Virus record (IMG/VR): IMGVR_UViG_3300011867_000002
Span: 62,001-126,000 of that record
Direction: 5' to 3' (one strand)
Length of the DNA: 64,000 bases
DNA from: an uncultured virus (IMG/VR IMGVR_UViG_3300011867_000002)
Lineage: Duplodnaviria; Heunggongvirae; Uroviricota; Caudoviricetes
Of the stretch, positions 55,724 to 64,000 are shown one piece after another (the stretch's first letter is position 1; every line of letters begins with the position of its first letter). The notes below the pieces were generated by a model. It was not told where the DNA came from. It did not search any database and saw only the letters and a program-made list of their open reading frames with translations. The position numbers and the translations under genes were made by a program.

Positions 55724-56530
55724 ATGAACCCCATTCATAAAGCGCTGGACGAAGTGCGGCGGGAGATTCCTGACGACATCTTAAACGTGGCGTTCAAGCC
55801 CCAACTCCACACCACTTGGGGACAAGCACCAGTCTCTCTGGAAGAACGGATCATGCACGAAGTGATCCGGCCACGGGTCTTGATCGACTGCAACCTGATG
55901 GGGGGCACGGAAGCCTACATCGATTTGCGCGGATTGCAAATTGACCGTACGGAAGACTTCACCACGATTTACCGGATTCCGAAAACCAAGACCCAGAATC
56001 GTTCGATCATCTCGGTACGGAACATCACCTTTACCAGTCCAGATTCCTTGAATGCGGCCAGTGTTGGCAACAACATGGGTGGCTCGGCCCTCATGAACTT
56101 GGGCCAAGGCATGATGGATGCCCACGGCAACATTCCGAACATCTCGACAGCTCGGGTACAGCTCATTGGCGAAAACGTGGTGGCGGTACGTGATCCGACC
56201 CTGATGCCGGGTTACTGCTACCTGCGTTGCATTCTCGCCAATGACGAGAACATGGCGCACTTGCAACTGAAGAGTTACGGGCGCTTCTGTGAACTCGTGA
56301 TCTACGCCGTCAAGTCTCACATCTACAAGGAACTTTGGCTCAAGATCAACCGCGGCGAACTGGTCGGTGGTCAAGAACTCGGTGAATTCAAAAACATCGT
56401 GGGTGAATACAAAGAGTGCAACGAACTCTACAAGACCTTCCTGCGCGAGAAGTGGGGCAAGATTGCGATCATGAACGACACTGAATCGTGGACGCGTATG
56501 CTCAAGAAACACATCGGCGGCCATCGTTAA
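55724..56530 (+). CDS. Conserved jumbo-phage hypothetical (probably virion) protein
   Basis: 268 aa, RBS AGGAGG. Confidence 0.8.
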   Translation: MNPIHKALDEVRREIPDDILNVAFKPQLHTTWGQAPVSLEERIMHEVIRPRVLIDCNLMGGTEAYIDLRGLQIDRTEDFTTIYRIPKTKTQNRSIISVRNITFTSPDSLNAASVGNNMGGSALMNLGQGMMDAHGNIPNISTARVQLIGENVVAVRDPTLMPGYCYLRCILANDENMAHLQLKSYGRFCELVIYAVKSHIYKELWLKINRGELVGGQELGEFKNIVGEYKECNELYKTFLREKWGKIAIMNDTESWTRMLKKHIGGHR

Positions 56531-56575
56531 AATGGCGGCATAAAAGAGCTGGGACACACCCAGCTCTTTTTCCCC

Positions 56576-57190
56576 TTATGCCGGGATGTCGTACTTCTGG
56601 AACACCTTCTCGACGTTCTCGGGATTGTAGCCCCCTTCGGCCAGCGTGAACATGCCGCGGAAAATACGTTCGGCGACTTTGTCGCTGCAATCGAATTCTT
56701 CGCGAATCTTGGCGATCAGCCGGTCCATGCGGGTCATTTGTTTGAACGCAGGCACGATGCCGGTGTCAGGCTTGAAGTACATGGCGTCGCCCTTGAGTTC
56801 GATCTTCGGATCGTACTTCGACGCTTCGATGAAGATGTGCTTGAAGCGGTCGTTGAAGTAGAGGACTTCGTGATCGAAGAAGACGCGGTGGTTGACGTAG
56901 TCGACGCCGACGCACAGGTTGTCCCAGTCGATCTTGTTACGGATTTTTGGATTGGTCGCGTTCTCGACCGTCAGACCTTCGACCTTACCGTAGGTTTGGG
57001 CAACACGGTAGGCCAAGGCTTTCACCATCTTGTCGTCTTTGGCCAAGACCAACACCGGGAAACCTTGGCGGGCGGTTTTGACAGCGTCGGCCAGCATGCG
57101 ACCCGTACGACCGGACTGACGGAAGTAGTCTTCCGTGCGCATGTTGTCGTGATTATAACATCCCGCTTTAAACAGTTCTTCGCGATTCAT
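56576..57190 (-). CDS. Hypothetical protein with a degenerate P-loop-like motif
   Basis: Start moved to ATG 57190 (RBS GGAG, downstream of a terminator); RQSGRT motif and FFDH. Confidence 0.7.
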   Translation of the reverse strand: MNREELFKAGCYNHDNMRTEDYFRQSGRTGRMLADAVKTARQGFPVLVLAKDDKMVKALAYRVAQTYGKVEGLTVENATNPKIRNKIDWDNLCVGVDYVNHRVFFDHEVLYFNDRFKHIFIEASKYDPKIELKGDAMYFKPDTGIVPAFKQMTRMDRLIAKIREEFDCSDKVAERIFRGMFTLAEGGYNPENVEKVFQKYDIPA

Positions 57191-57249
57191 TTTTTTCTCC
57201 ATAGACAAAAAAAAAAGAGCTAGGATGTTCTCTAGCTCTTTATGCCGCA

Positions 57250-57951
57250 TTACGCGGCGCAGCAGACGGCGTCAGGCGACGCCATGATTTCTGGGGTGAT
57301 CTCTTGCACTGGCAGGAGCTTGGGTTCAGGTTTCACCTGTGGTGCTGCGGCGGCGTCAACCTTAAGATTGGTCGACTTCGGCTTGGCAGCTTGCTGCTTC
57401 GGTTTCGCAGCTGGCTTGTTTGCGCCCGGTTTGGCCGGAGCACGATGACGGAACTTCTTTTTAACCGGTTTTGGTTTGGGCAAACCATCGTCAACCACCA
57501 TGTATCGGTCTTCGCAGTACTGCGCCAGTTCGCCGGTGAGACGGAACAGTTGTTCTGGTTTCAGGAAGGGGAAATGCTCGCGCTCGGTCAGACGGGCCGT
57601 CATCAGGAGCGGGGTCGGGAAGCGAGCGGCGGTGGCATCGACCAGCGACTGGGTGGTGCAGTACGACAGCGTTGGGATGACGCCGCGGCTTGGTTGGACT
57701 TGCGACGGGTAAATGGCGATGATGCCGAACTGGGTGCCGAGCAAGATGATCTTGCGGTTGTAGTTGTCGGTGGTCTTGACCATCTCGCCTGGTTCCATGA
57801 TGAGGCGGTAGTCCGGGTCGTGGATCAGGCCGTGGAGCGAGCCTTTCTCGCCGTGCCAGTGCTGCTTATCGAACGAGATGGTCTTGCCGATGCTGTGATA
57901 CAGCTTGACGAAGTCATCCATTTGCTGCTCGATCAATTGATTCTTTTCCAT
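57250..57951 (-). CDS. Hypothetical protein with a K/P/A-rich tail
   Basis: 233 aa, RBS AAGGA. Confidence 0.75.
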   Translation of the reverse strand: MEKNQLIEQQMDDFVKLYHSIGKTISFDKQHWHGEKGSLHGLIHDPDYRLIMEPGEMVKTTDNYNRKIILLGTQFGIIAIYPSQVQPSRGVIPTLSYCTTQSLVDATAARFPTPLLMTARLTEREHFPFLKPEQLFRLTGELAQYCEDRYMVVDDGLPKPKPVKKKFRHRAPAKPGANKPAAKPKQQAAKPKSTNLKVDAAAAPQVKPEPKLLPVQEITPEIMASPDAVCCAA

Positions 57952-58106
57952 GATAGTTCCTTCCTGAAAGGGTTCGTTCGAGTTACCGCGGTGGTAACGA
58001 TACTGCGTCTACGGGTGCAACTGGTCAAAAGAAGTACGAGCGTCTACATGGGTATTTCCTCTAAGAATGGAGTGAACCTCATAGCTCACTCCAGGTGTGT
58101 TAAAAA

Positions 58107-58901
58107 TTATTGCTGCTTGGTGACGTCATCGCCGACGATAATGATGCTCGACGTGGGTGCAGCGTCTGCGGCCGGTGCCGGTGCTTCGGTCACAGGTGCG
58201 GCTGCCGTGCCTTCTGCTTCTGCTGGTTCAGCAGGTGCCGTTGCGACTGGCTTGATCACGTTGAACTCGACCGCATGACCGTAACGGGTCATGTTGAGCA
58301 CATCGTTTTTCAGGGCTGCCGACTTCAACATGAAGGCGTCGATGCCGAGGCGCATGTATTCCGCTTGCAGCGAATCGACTTGGACACGGAACGCTTGCTG
58401 ACGACCGTGCGCCGTGTCTTCGGCCATGATCGGCGCCAGGAAGTTGTTGACGAAGTTGTCGACGAACTCGTAGACGTAGATCGGCTTTTCGTGGGTGAGC
58501 ACGAATTCCATCAGCTCGAACTCGTTGTCGAAGTTCATGCCGAAGAAATCGAAGCGGGCCGCTTCGGTCAGGATGTCGGTCAGGTAGCCGTCGACGTCGA
58601 TCGATTCGTTGAACATCGGTTTGCCGGTGGACGGCTCGATGATCACGGTCATGACGTGGTCGTAGGCGCGGACGAAACGATGGGCGCGCTGGATGCGATC
58701 TTCGACGCGGGCCTTGATGCGTGCGGTGGCGGCGTCTTGGATTTCGCCCATCAGGACTTCTTGTTCGTAGCCGTGGCGGAACTTCCAGATGTCGTCCAGG
58801 CCGACGATGTTGGTGATCGAAGCGCGGGCTTCTTGCTTTGCTTGTTCGTCGCGCTCTGCTTGTTCTTGCATGGTAGCGCTGATTTCGGAAAAGATCGTCA
58901 T
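58107..58901 (-). CDS. Hypothetical acidic protein
   Basis: 264 aa, RBS AAGGAG, strong codon bias. Confidence 0.8.
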   Translation of the reverse strand: MTIFSEISATMQEQAERDEQAKQEARASITNIVGLDDIWKFRHGYEQEVLMGEIQDAATARIKARVEDRIQRAHRFVRAYDHVMTVIIEPSTGKPMFNESIDVDGYLTDILTEAARFDFFGMNFDNEFELMEFVLTHEKPIYVYEFVDNFVNNFLAPIMAEDTAHGRQQAFRVQVDSLQAEYMRLGIDAFMLKSAALKNDVLNMTRYGHAVEFNVIKPVATAPAEPAEAEGTAAAPVTEAPAPAADAAPTSSIIIVGDDVTKQQ

Positions 58902-58961
58902 GATAAAACTCCTTTTAGGGATAGTAGATGGTTGGTTAAGTGTGTTACGTACTGCGCTAAG

Positions 58962-59216
58962 TCAAGCGGTATTCGTCGTGCTGGTTTTCAGTGCTGCCTC
59001 GCGGCGGCGAACAATCTCGTCGTGGTACTTGTTGCGGGGGTAAATGCCAAGGAAGTTCGGGCCTGCTTGCGCGAGCCAGTAACTTTCGATCTCCAACATT
59101 TCGTCCGACATCTTAGCCAGCATATCGTTCTCACGGGCTTTACGGATGACACGGATCGTGGTGACAAAAGCGATGAGCAAAAGAACGTACGGACCAAACA
59201 GTTGGAGCGTTTTCAT
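58962..59216 (-). CDS. Small membrane-anchored protein
   Basis: 84 aa with an N-terminal TM segment. Confidence 0.65.
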   Translation of the reverse strand: MKTLQLFGPYVLLLIAFVTTIRVIRKARENDMLAKMSDEMLEIESYWLAQAGPNFLGIYPRNKYHDEIVRRREAALKTSTTNTA

Positions 59217-59247
59217 GGAAAGAACTTTCTAAAAGAATGGGTGAGTA

Positions 59248-60228
59248 TTACTCGGTTTTGTCGTCGTCAAGGGTAGGATCGAACTTGTGACGTTTTGGCG
59301 GTTTGCCGGTGAACTGCGGAGAAAGCAGGTTGGCCAGCTCCTCTTTACGGGCATCGTAACCGTAGGTGATATTGTCGCTTTGCATCAGGGCGCGGGCGGC
59401 GTCACGGGATTCCAACAACGAACGCGAGAGCTTGGCGAGCGGATCGTGCGTCCAGAAGGTATTGACGATCCGGCTACGGTACTTCGCTTTCTTGCGCATC
59501 GAGGCGCCACTCGGTGCTTGTTTGGTAAGACCCCGCATCACGTGATCGTAGATTCGATTCTCCGACAACACCAGACCACCGGTTTGGCCACTAACGTAGA
59601 CCGTGCCGTTGTAGTAACGCACAACGCGGCGGTATGGCTTGGCGTAGATCGATTCGACTTCACCCCAGGCACGGATAGGTGACATGCCTGGAAACACCGT
59701 ACGCGCCCGCGATCCCTTGCGCTTGTTGTTCAGGCGCTTGGTGTACGTGCTGGTGTCGCGATATCCCTCCCCCATCACCACAATTTTTCCATACGAAGTC
59801 GTGGTAAATCGGCGGCGGCTATCGCTCACCGGAGTTATGCGAGAAATGTCTTTGTGCAGATTACGACCAGAAGCTTGGAGCGTACGGTGACCTGGGCCAT
59901 CGAAATCTTCATGATCGAAAGCACCTGGATTGAAACCCATCATGCCGTACATGTTGAGCGTCACCGGTGGCAAGTCAGCAGACCGACCGATGTTCAGGTA
60001 GTCGATGATCGCATCGTTGTAGACTTCCCAGTCCGTCTTGCTGAACTTGTAGCGGCTGTTGGTCACCACCTGTGCCACACGGTAGCCGCCCATTTCGATG
60101 GCGGATTGAATCGACTCTGGCGAGATGGTCAGCGTTTCGCCATTTTCGAATTTAAGGCGCAGTTCGAATTGTTCTTGTTCGCCAACTGTTTGGATGACTT
60201 CGAAAGTCATGTGTTCGTTAGTTGCCAT
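59248..60228 (-). CDS. Hypothetical protein with a basic C-terminal half
   Basis: 326 aa, RBS GAGGA. Confidence 0.75.
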   Translation of the reverse strand: MATNEHMTFEVIQTVGEQEQFELRLKFENGETLTISPESIQSAIEMGGYRVAQVVTNSRYKFSKTDWEVYNDAIIDYLNIGRSADLPPVTLNMYGMMGFNPGAFDHEDFDGPGHRTLQASGRNLHKDISRITPVSDSRRRFTTTSYGKIVVMGEGYRDTSTYTKRLNNKRKGSRARTVFPGMSPIRAWGEVESIYAKPYRRVVRYYNGTVYVSGQTGGLVLSENRIYDHVMRGLTKQAPSGASMRKKAKYRSRIVNTFWTHDPLAKLSRSLLESRDAARALMQSDNITYGYDARKEELANLLSPQFTGKPPKRHKFDPTLDDDKTE

Positions 60229-60254
60229 GTTCTTTTCCTCTTTCTTTGTTGAGA

Positions 60255-60605
60255 TTACTGATTACGCTGAAGATGGAACTCCAGCAAGTTTAACCAGTGG
60301 TTCTTGTCGAGTGCTCGTTCTTCCGGTTTCAGCTTCTTCCTGTCTAACCACCACACACTGGAACCCTCGTAGTTTGTGTACCACAGGTGTGGATGTGTCT
60401 CCTTGGGGAAGGGGTAGGGAAAGTTTTCAGTATAGTACGGGTGGCGAAGAACACGAAACCACTTGAGGAGAATACGGCGAATCAACTCGTCACTAAGGTT
60501 ATAGAGCTGCGCGCTTGAACGATTCGTTTCACCGTCCAGATGTCGTTTGAAAACGGCCACATTGCGTTCCACATTTCTTTCTTTCATGCCGAGATTCTTT
60601 TTCAC
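60255..60605 (-). CDS. Sigma-70 region 4-like HTH protein
   Basis: ERN..VF...DGET....A..YNLS.E.IR.I..K.FR.LRHP. Confidence 0.65.
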   Translation of the reverse strand: MKKNLGMKERNVERNVAVFKRHLDGETNRSSAQLYNLSDELIRRILLKWFRVLRHPYYTENFPYPFPKETHPHLWYTNYEGSSVWWLDRKKLKPEERALDKNHWLNLLEFHLQRNQ

Positions 60606-60614
60606 GATGCCTCC

Positions 60615-60767
60615 TTATTCCGGTTCACCGTTGTCAGCACCTGACTGCAACTCCCAGCCGTTATTCCACTTGGCCCAATCCATGCTTCCTTTCTGATAAG
60701 GATTGGACTCTTTGCTACGACCGCCGATGCATGCTTCTTGACCTTCTTTGAATGGTGCTGATTGCAT
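60615..60767 (-). CDS. Ribosome modulation factor (RMF)-like small protein (50 aa)
   Basis: Hand-translated MQSAPFKEGQEACIGGRSKESNPYQKGSMDWAKWNNGWELQSGADNGEPE; RBS GAGG. Confidence 0.7.
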   Translation of the reverse strand: MQSAPFKEGQEACIGGRSKESNPYQKGSMDWAKWNNGWELQSGADNGEPE

Positions 60768-60821
60768 AGTTGCCTCTTCTTTAAAATGAATGGTTAAACG
60801 AATTACTACTCAACTCAAGCC

Positions 60822-60843
60822 GGTTATATGTGCCTATAATTTC
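60822..60843 (-). promoter_or_regulatory. Early-type promoter motif
   Basis: Minus strand AAAATT-N6-ACATATAACC. Confidence 0.65.
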
Positions 60844-60902
60844 TTTGAATCAACAACTAACGGCATAGCAGCAGAGGGGGATTCCCTCTGCCTTTATGTC
60901 GC

Positions 60903-61007
60903 TTAGTCTGGATCGACAGCAGTGCCTTCGCGCACATACTCGCGGAAGCTGACCTTTTTGCCATCGACCGACGCAGTGATCTCTTTAACGTTCAAGGAAT
61001 CACTCAT
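60903..61007 (-). CDS. Small peptide (34 aa)
   Basis: MSDSLNVKEITASVDGKKVSFREYVREGTAVDPD; RBS AAGGAG; overlaps the upstream stop. Confidence 0.55.
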   Translation of the reverse strand: MSDSLNVKEITASVDGKKVSFREYVREGTAVDPD

Positions 61008-62667
61008 TCTTTTCTCCTTTAATTACCACCTTGAACGGTGGCGGGAAAGGTGGTTCGGTTGGAGCGGACAGTTTTGGATATTGCGGGAGTTCGCCATAAG
61101 GACCAGTCACGCCAGCGTACGTTTTCACACCGTTACCATGGTCGAACAGTTCCGTCATTTCGACTACCTCCACTTTAGCATTGTCGACTGCACGTACCGC
61201 TTGAAGATGCAGATGGACTTGTGCGTAGTAGCGGGCCTTCTTGTTTCGCATGGAACCCATCGGGCGGGCATAACGGGTACCATGCGACAAACGCTTGCGT
61301 TCTCGAATGATCGCAAAGGCCCGTTTGATGTCTTGCTTGTACTTTGCCGCGATCGAATCGGCGATGCCTTTGAAATGGGCACTCATGCCTTCCTTAATGT
61401 TGACAATCGCTGCGGCAAAAGACGTGTTCATGGCTTTGACTTCCTCAACGAAAGCAGGAGAGAAGATTGGCGAACGTGCTCGTTCAGTTTCAGCCAATGC
61501 CGGCAACAGCATTGTATCGATCTCGTGGTCATCAGCGACCACCATAATCGGAAGCCGTGGATGACCCGAACGGGAATACACATGTTCAGCACCCCGGATC
61601 GAGGCAGCGATATCGTCGGGCGTTGACGCCAGTAAGACAGGAATAGGAGGCGCGTTAAACACGTTGTCGTTCATTTTCCAAACATCATGGAAGACACTAT
61701 TCGACTCGCATTGTTGCCAGCCACCCCAGAGAGCGTTTTCCCAGAATTGCTTTTCCATCTTCGCGCGGACATGGTGCGGTAAACGCATGTGTGGCGGCAG
61801 CCGGAAGTCAAATGGCGACGCTGGGCCTTTCTTGCCCATTCGTTGGAATGGATCAGGATGTGGGGCGTACAACATGTCGAGCGTAAAGAACTTGCCCGCG
61901 ACAAATTCCTCGGTATGGTTACCGATAAACGTATCAGGAAGGTAACCAGCCCATTGTGAAGAAGGCATATGCGATTCTATCGTCATCGGCAAACATGGAT
62001 CAGGTGTCTCGCCGCTCCGCAGTGGTGGATGATCGGCCATGAATTGCAACAATGCACTAGGCAAACCACTGCGATGAGGCTGTGGACCAAAACCTGGTGG
62101 CATGCCAGCATAATGCCACCAATCGAGCGCGACTTCCGTGCCGTCCAAGTTATAACCCGGACGGACAGCGTGCCACTTCCCATCGACTTGCTGGAAAGAC
62201 TCCTGTATAGGGTTACCGTCGTCCTTGAAGTTATTCATGTCCAAGCGCTTCATGGTAGCGAGTTCTTCTTCACTCATGTCAGGAAAGAGTACACGCACAC
62301 GCTTCTCGGCTTCTTCTTGCGACAGCAATGGTGCCGGTGGTGCACCAAAGTAAGCCAAGTTCCATTCTTCGTCCGTTGCCTTGGTGTCGTAACGTGGTGT
62401 GGCCGGGAGTACCTTACCAGCGTTACTTGGCAAAGGAGAGACACCCATCGACTCGCGGCTGTACTCAGGGAATGGACTCACACCGCACAAGTCCCGTGGA
62501 TAGCGTGGACCGCCTGACATCATCCAGCCAGGTGTATGCGTGCCACCAGCAGTCATAGGTTGATTTGCGAAATCAGGCGGAGTAGGGTTGATGATCGAAA
62601 TCGCTGTCGAGACATTCTTCTTCGGCATCTCAGCTTCAAACTCTTGTGGTTTCTTCTCGTCAGTCAT
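61000..62667 (-). CDS. Proline-rich hypothetical protein
   Basis: 555 aa; P-rich N-terminal two-thirds and a basic helical C-terminus. Confidence 0.75.
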   Translation of the reverse strand: MTDEKKPQEFEAEMPKKNVSTAISIINPTPPDFANQPMTAGGTHTPGWMMSGGPRYPRDLCGVSPFPEYSRESMGVSPLPSNAGKVLPATPRYDTKATDEEWNLAYFGAPPAPLLSQEEAEKRVRVLFPDMSEEELATMKRLDMNNFKDDGNPIQESFQQVDGKWHAVRPGYNLDGTEVALDWWHYAGMPPGFGPQPHRSGLPSALLQFMADHPPLRSGETPDPCLPMTIESHMPSSQWAGYLPDTFIGNHTEEFVAGKFFTLDMLYAPHPDPFQRMGKKGPASPFDFRLPPHMRLPHHVRAKMEKQFWENALWGGWQQCESNSVFHDVWKMNDNVFNAPPIPVLLASTPDDIAASIRGAEHVYSRSGHPRLPIMVVADDHEIDTMLLPALAETERARSPIFSPAFVEEVKAMNTSFAAAIVNIKEGMSAHFKGIADSIAAKYKQDIKRAFAIIRERKRLSHGTRYARPMGSMRNKKARYYAQVHLHLQAVRAVDNAKVEVVEMTELFDHGNGVKTYAGVTGPYGELPQYPKLSAPTEPPFPPPFKVVIKGEKNE

Positions 62668-62861
62668 TCTTCATCCCCTTTTTCTTCTTCCACCTTCAAA
62701 TGAAGGAAAACTTGGTAGAACATTTTCATCAAAGTTTGACGAACCATCTGGGAGGAGTCCACATTACCATAGGGTGACACGAGACGTGCTCGGATCGATG
62801 CTTGGTCATACTGAGGATCGTGGGTAAGCAGCAACGTGGGTGCCATCGGTATCTCCGCCAT
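62664..62861 (-). CDS. Small hypothetical protein
   Basis: 65 aa, ATGA-coupled to the next gene. Confidence 0.55.
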   Translation of the reverse strand: MAEIPMAPTLLLTHDPQYDQASIRARLVSPYGNVDSSQMVRQTLMKMFYQVFLHLKVEEEKGDEE

Positions 62862-62899
62862 GTAAAGGGTATTACACTATCCCTTCCTGTCGTAATTTT

Positions 62900-63570
62900 T
62901 GACAGCCCTTAAAAGTCCGGCATAAAAGAAATTTCTTGGAAAATTTTGAAGGCGTTCAAACTCCTCAGAAATCCCCCCCAAATTTCCACTCGCAAAGATA
63001 TGAGGTAGGCGCCCCCTTGGAGCGCCTACCTATAATAAAAGCCCCCCCCACCCCCAACTATAGTTATCTTTAAGATTCTTATATTGCGAGTTGTTCATCT
63101 CGCAACTACGCTTTTTTCTGTATGATAAAGCGTCAGAAAGTTTATACATAAGGTATGTCAAATTGAGTAAAAAAAAGATTTAGTCGGAATTTTTTCTGAA
63201 AGAAAAATTCCTCAGTCTTTTGTTTGCAGAGCAACACCTAAGACAACGAAGATGAGGAAAGTGCAAACAAGGTTGTTTGCACATTACACATGTTTGTTTT
63301 CGACCACTTGATACATTGGACTTCTAAAAGTGTGATTAATGGGCGCGCGGACCGGCGGCGGCGGGCGGCGGCGACCCCGAATACCTCGCCAAAAGCTTCA
63401 CCAAGCACCCTCAGAAGCCATCAGTTAGCTTAACAAAAACCTCCCTTAGAAGTTCCGCTATCTCATCATTAAAACGCTTAGAAGTCGTTTTAATCGGTTT
63501 CTGTATAAGAAACTAACATTGTAGACTTCGTGCTAGAAAGCGTCATCATGTGACAAGCCTGTCTACACCA
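62900..63570. other. Long AT-rich non-coding region with many inverted repeats (candidate origin/control region)
   Basis: No ORF; at least seven hairpins, poly-C runs and a GGC-rich island; lies between divergent genes. Confidence 0.55.
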
Positions 63571-63586
63571 TGCTAAAGGAATTGCT

Positions 63587-64000
63587 ATGCGACAACTCGG
63601 CCAGCATCTGCGCCGGGCACTGGAAGACGCCAATGCCCAACAACCCATTACCCTCAAGGGTCCACTGGCTCACGCCATCACCGACGCTCTGAACCAAGAG
63701 TACAGTAAGACCAAGCCCGAAGAAGGCGAGGACAAGCCGGCACTCGAAAGCCAGCAGATGGAAAACGAAGCCTTGAGCCGTGTGGCTTCGCTCCTGACAA
63801 CGCCCGAAGAAGCCATCAACGCCAGTCCGCTGCGTATCTACGGCGTCTCGCAAACCGACATCCACGACGAAGACATCGTCAACGTGGCTACCGATATGGC
63901 AGCCCTCAATCCCGACGACCGTGACAGTTACGTGATCGTCGTCCAAGAGTCGCCTGAAACGGGTGAACTCGAAACCAGGGCCAAAGAACTCTCCGGCGCC
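63587..64000 (+). CDS. Processed virion head protein (partial, runs off the window)
   Basis: Hand-translated MRQLGQHLRRALEDANAQQPITLKGPLAHAITDALNQEYSK...ALESQ...; ALE sites; RBS AAGGA. Confidence 0.7.
   Translation, partial: MRQLGQHLRRALEDANAQQPITLKGPLAHAITDALNQEYSKTKPEEGEDKPALESQQMENEALSRVASLLTTPEEAINASPLRIYGVSQTDIHDEDIVNVATDMAALNPDDRDSYVIVVQESPETGELETRAKELSGA

Noticed and set aside
56576..57190. Terminase or helicase call from RQSGRT
   Set aside because: The Walker A lysine is absent, the protein is short and there is no nuclease domain.
1..64000. Many long antisense ORFs in the track (e.g. 1434-2498, 7756-9012, 9588-10814, 18229-19788, 42699-44507, 58110-59276)
   Set aside because: They are shadows of strongly codon-biased genes on the opposite strand, with no RBS, no motifs and atypical composition.
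1..64000. CRISPR arrays, tRNAs, rRNAs, transposases
   Set aside because: By eye I saw no regularly spaced repeats, cloverleaf/T-loop signatures or transposase motifs. tRNAscan and CRISPR finders would be needed to be certain.

Overview
This window is a segment of a nucleus-forming (phiKZ-like, Chimalliviridae-type) jumbo bacteriophage genome. From left to right it holds: (1) a virion head/structural block (1-10.8 kb) with S/A/G-x-E prohead-protease sites; (2) the N-terminal half of a split family-B DNA polymerase; (3) a degenerate DUF3380-type muramidase and a virion RNA polymerase beta' piece; (4) an accessory island (20.5-25 kb) with a macrodomain, an HslV/Ntn-like protease and an acidic protein; (5) the conserved nucleus block: SF2 helicase, four non-virion RNAP subunits, PicA-like, ChmC-like, SbcD-like and chimallin; (6) the C-terminal half of the DNA polymerase, a run of small look-alike proteins and PhuZ tubulin; (7) early accessory genes and an AT-rich, inverted-repeat-rich non-coding region (62.9-63.6 kb). 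The phiKZ gene-number equivalences come from remembered synteny and motifs, not from a search. The most interesting observations are a ~300-nt pseudoknotted candidate non-coding RNA with its own promoter and terminator (49.53-49.84 kb), a second densely structured region downstream of phuZ (53.85-54.42 kb), a 50-aa ribosome-modulation-factor-like gene missed by the ORF track, a candidate -1 frameshift at 20025-20031, a TTTTATGCCG motif attached to most terminators, and two promoter motif classes. I saw no tRNA, rRNA, CRISPR array or intron.
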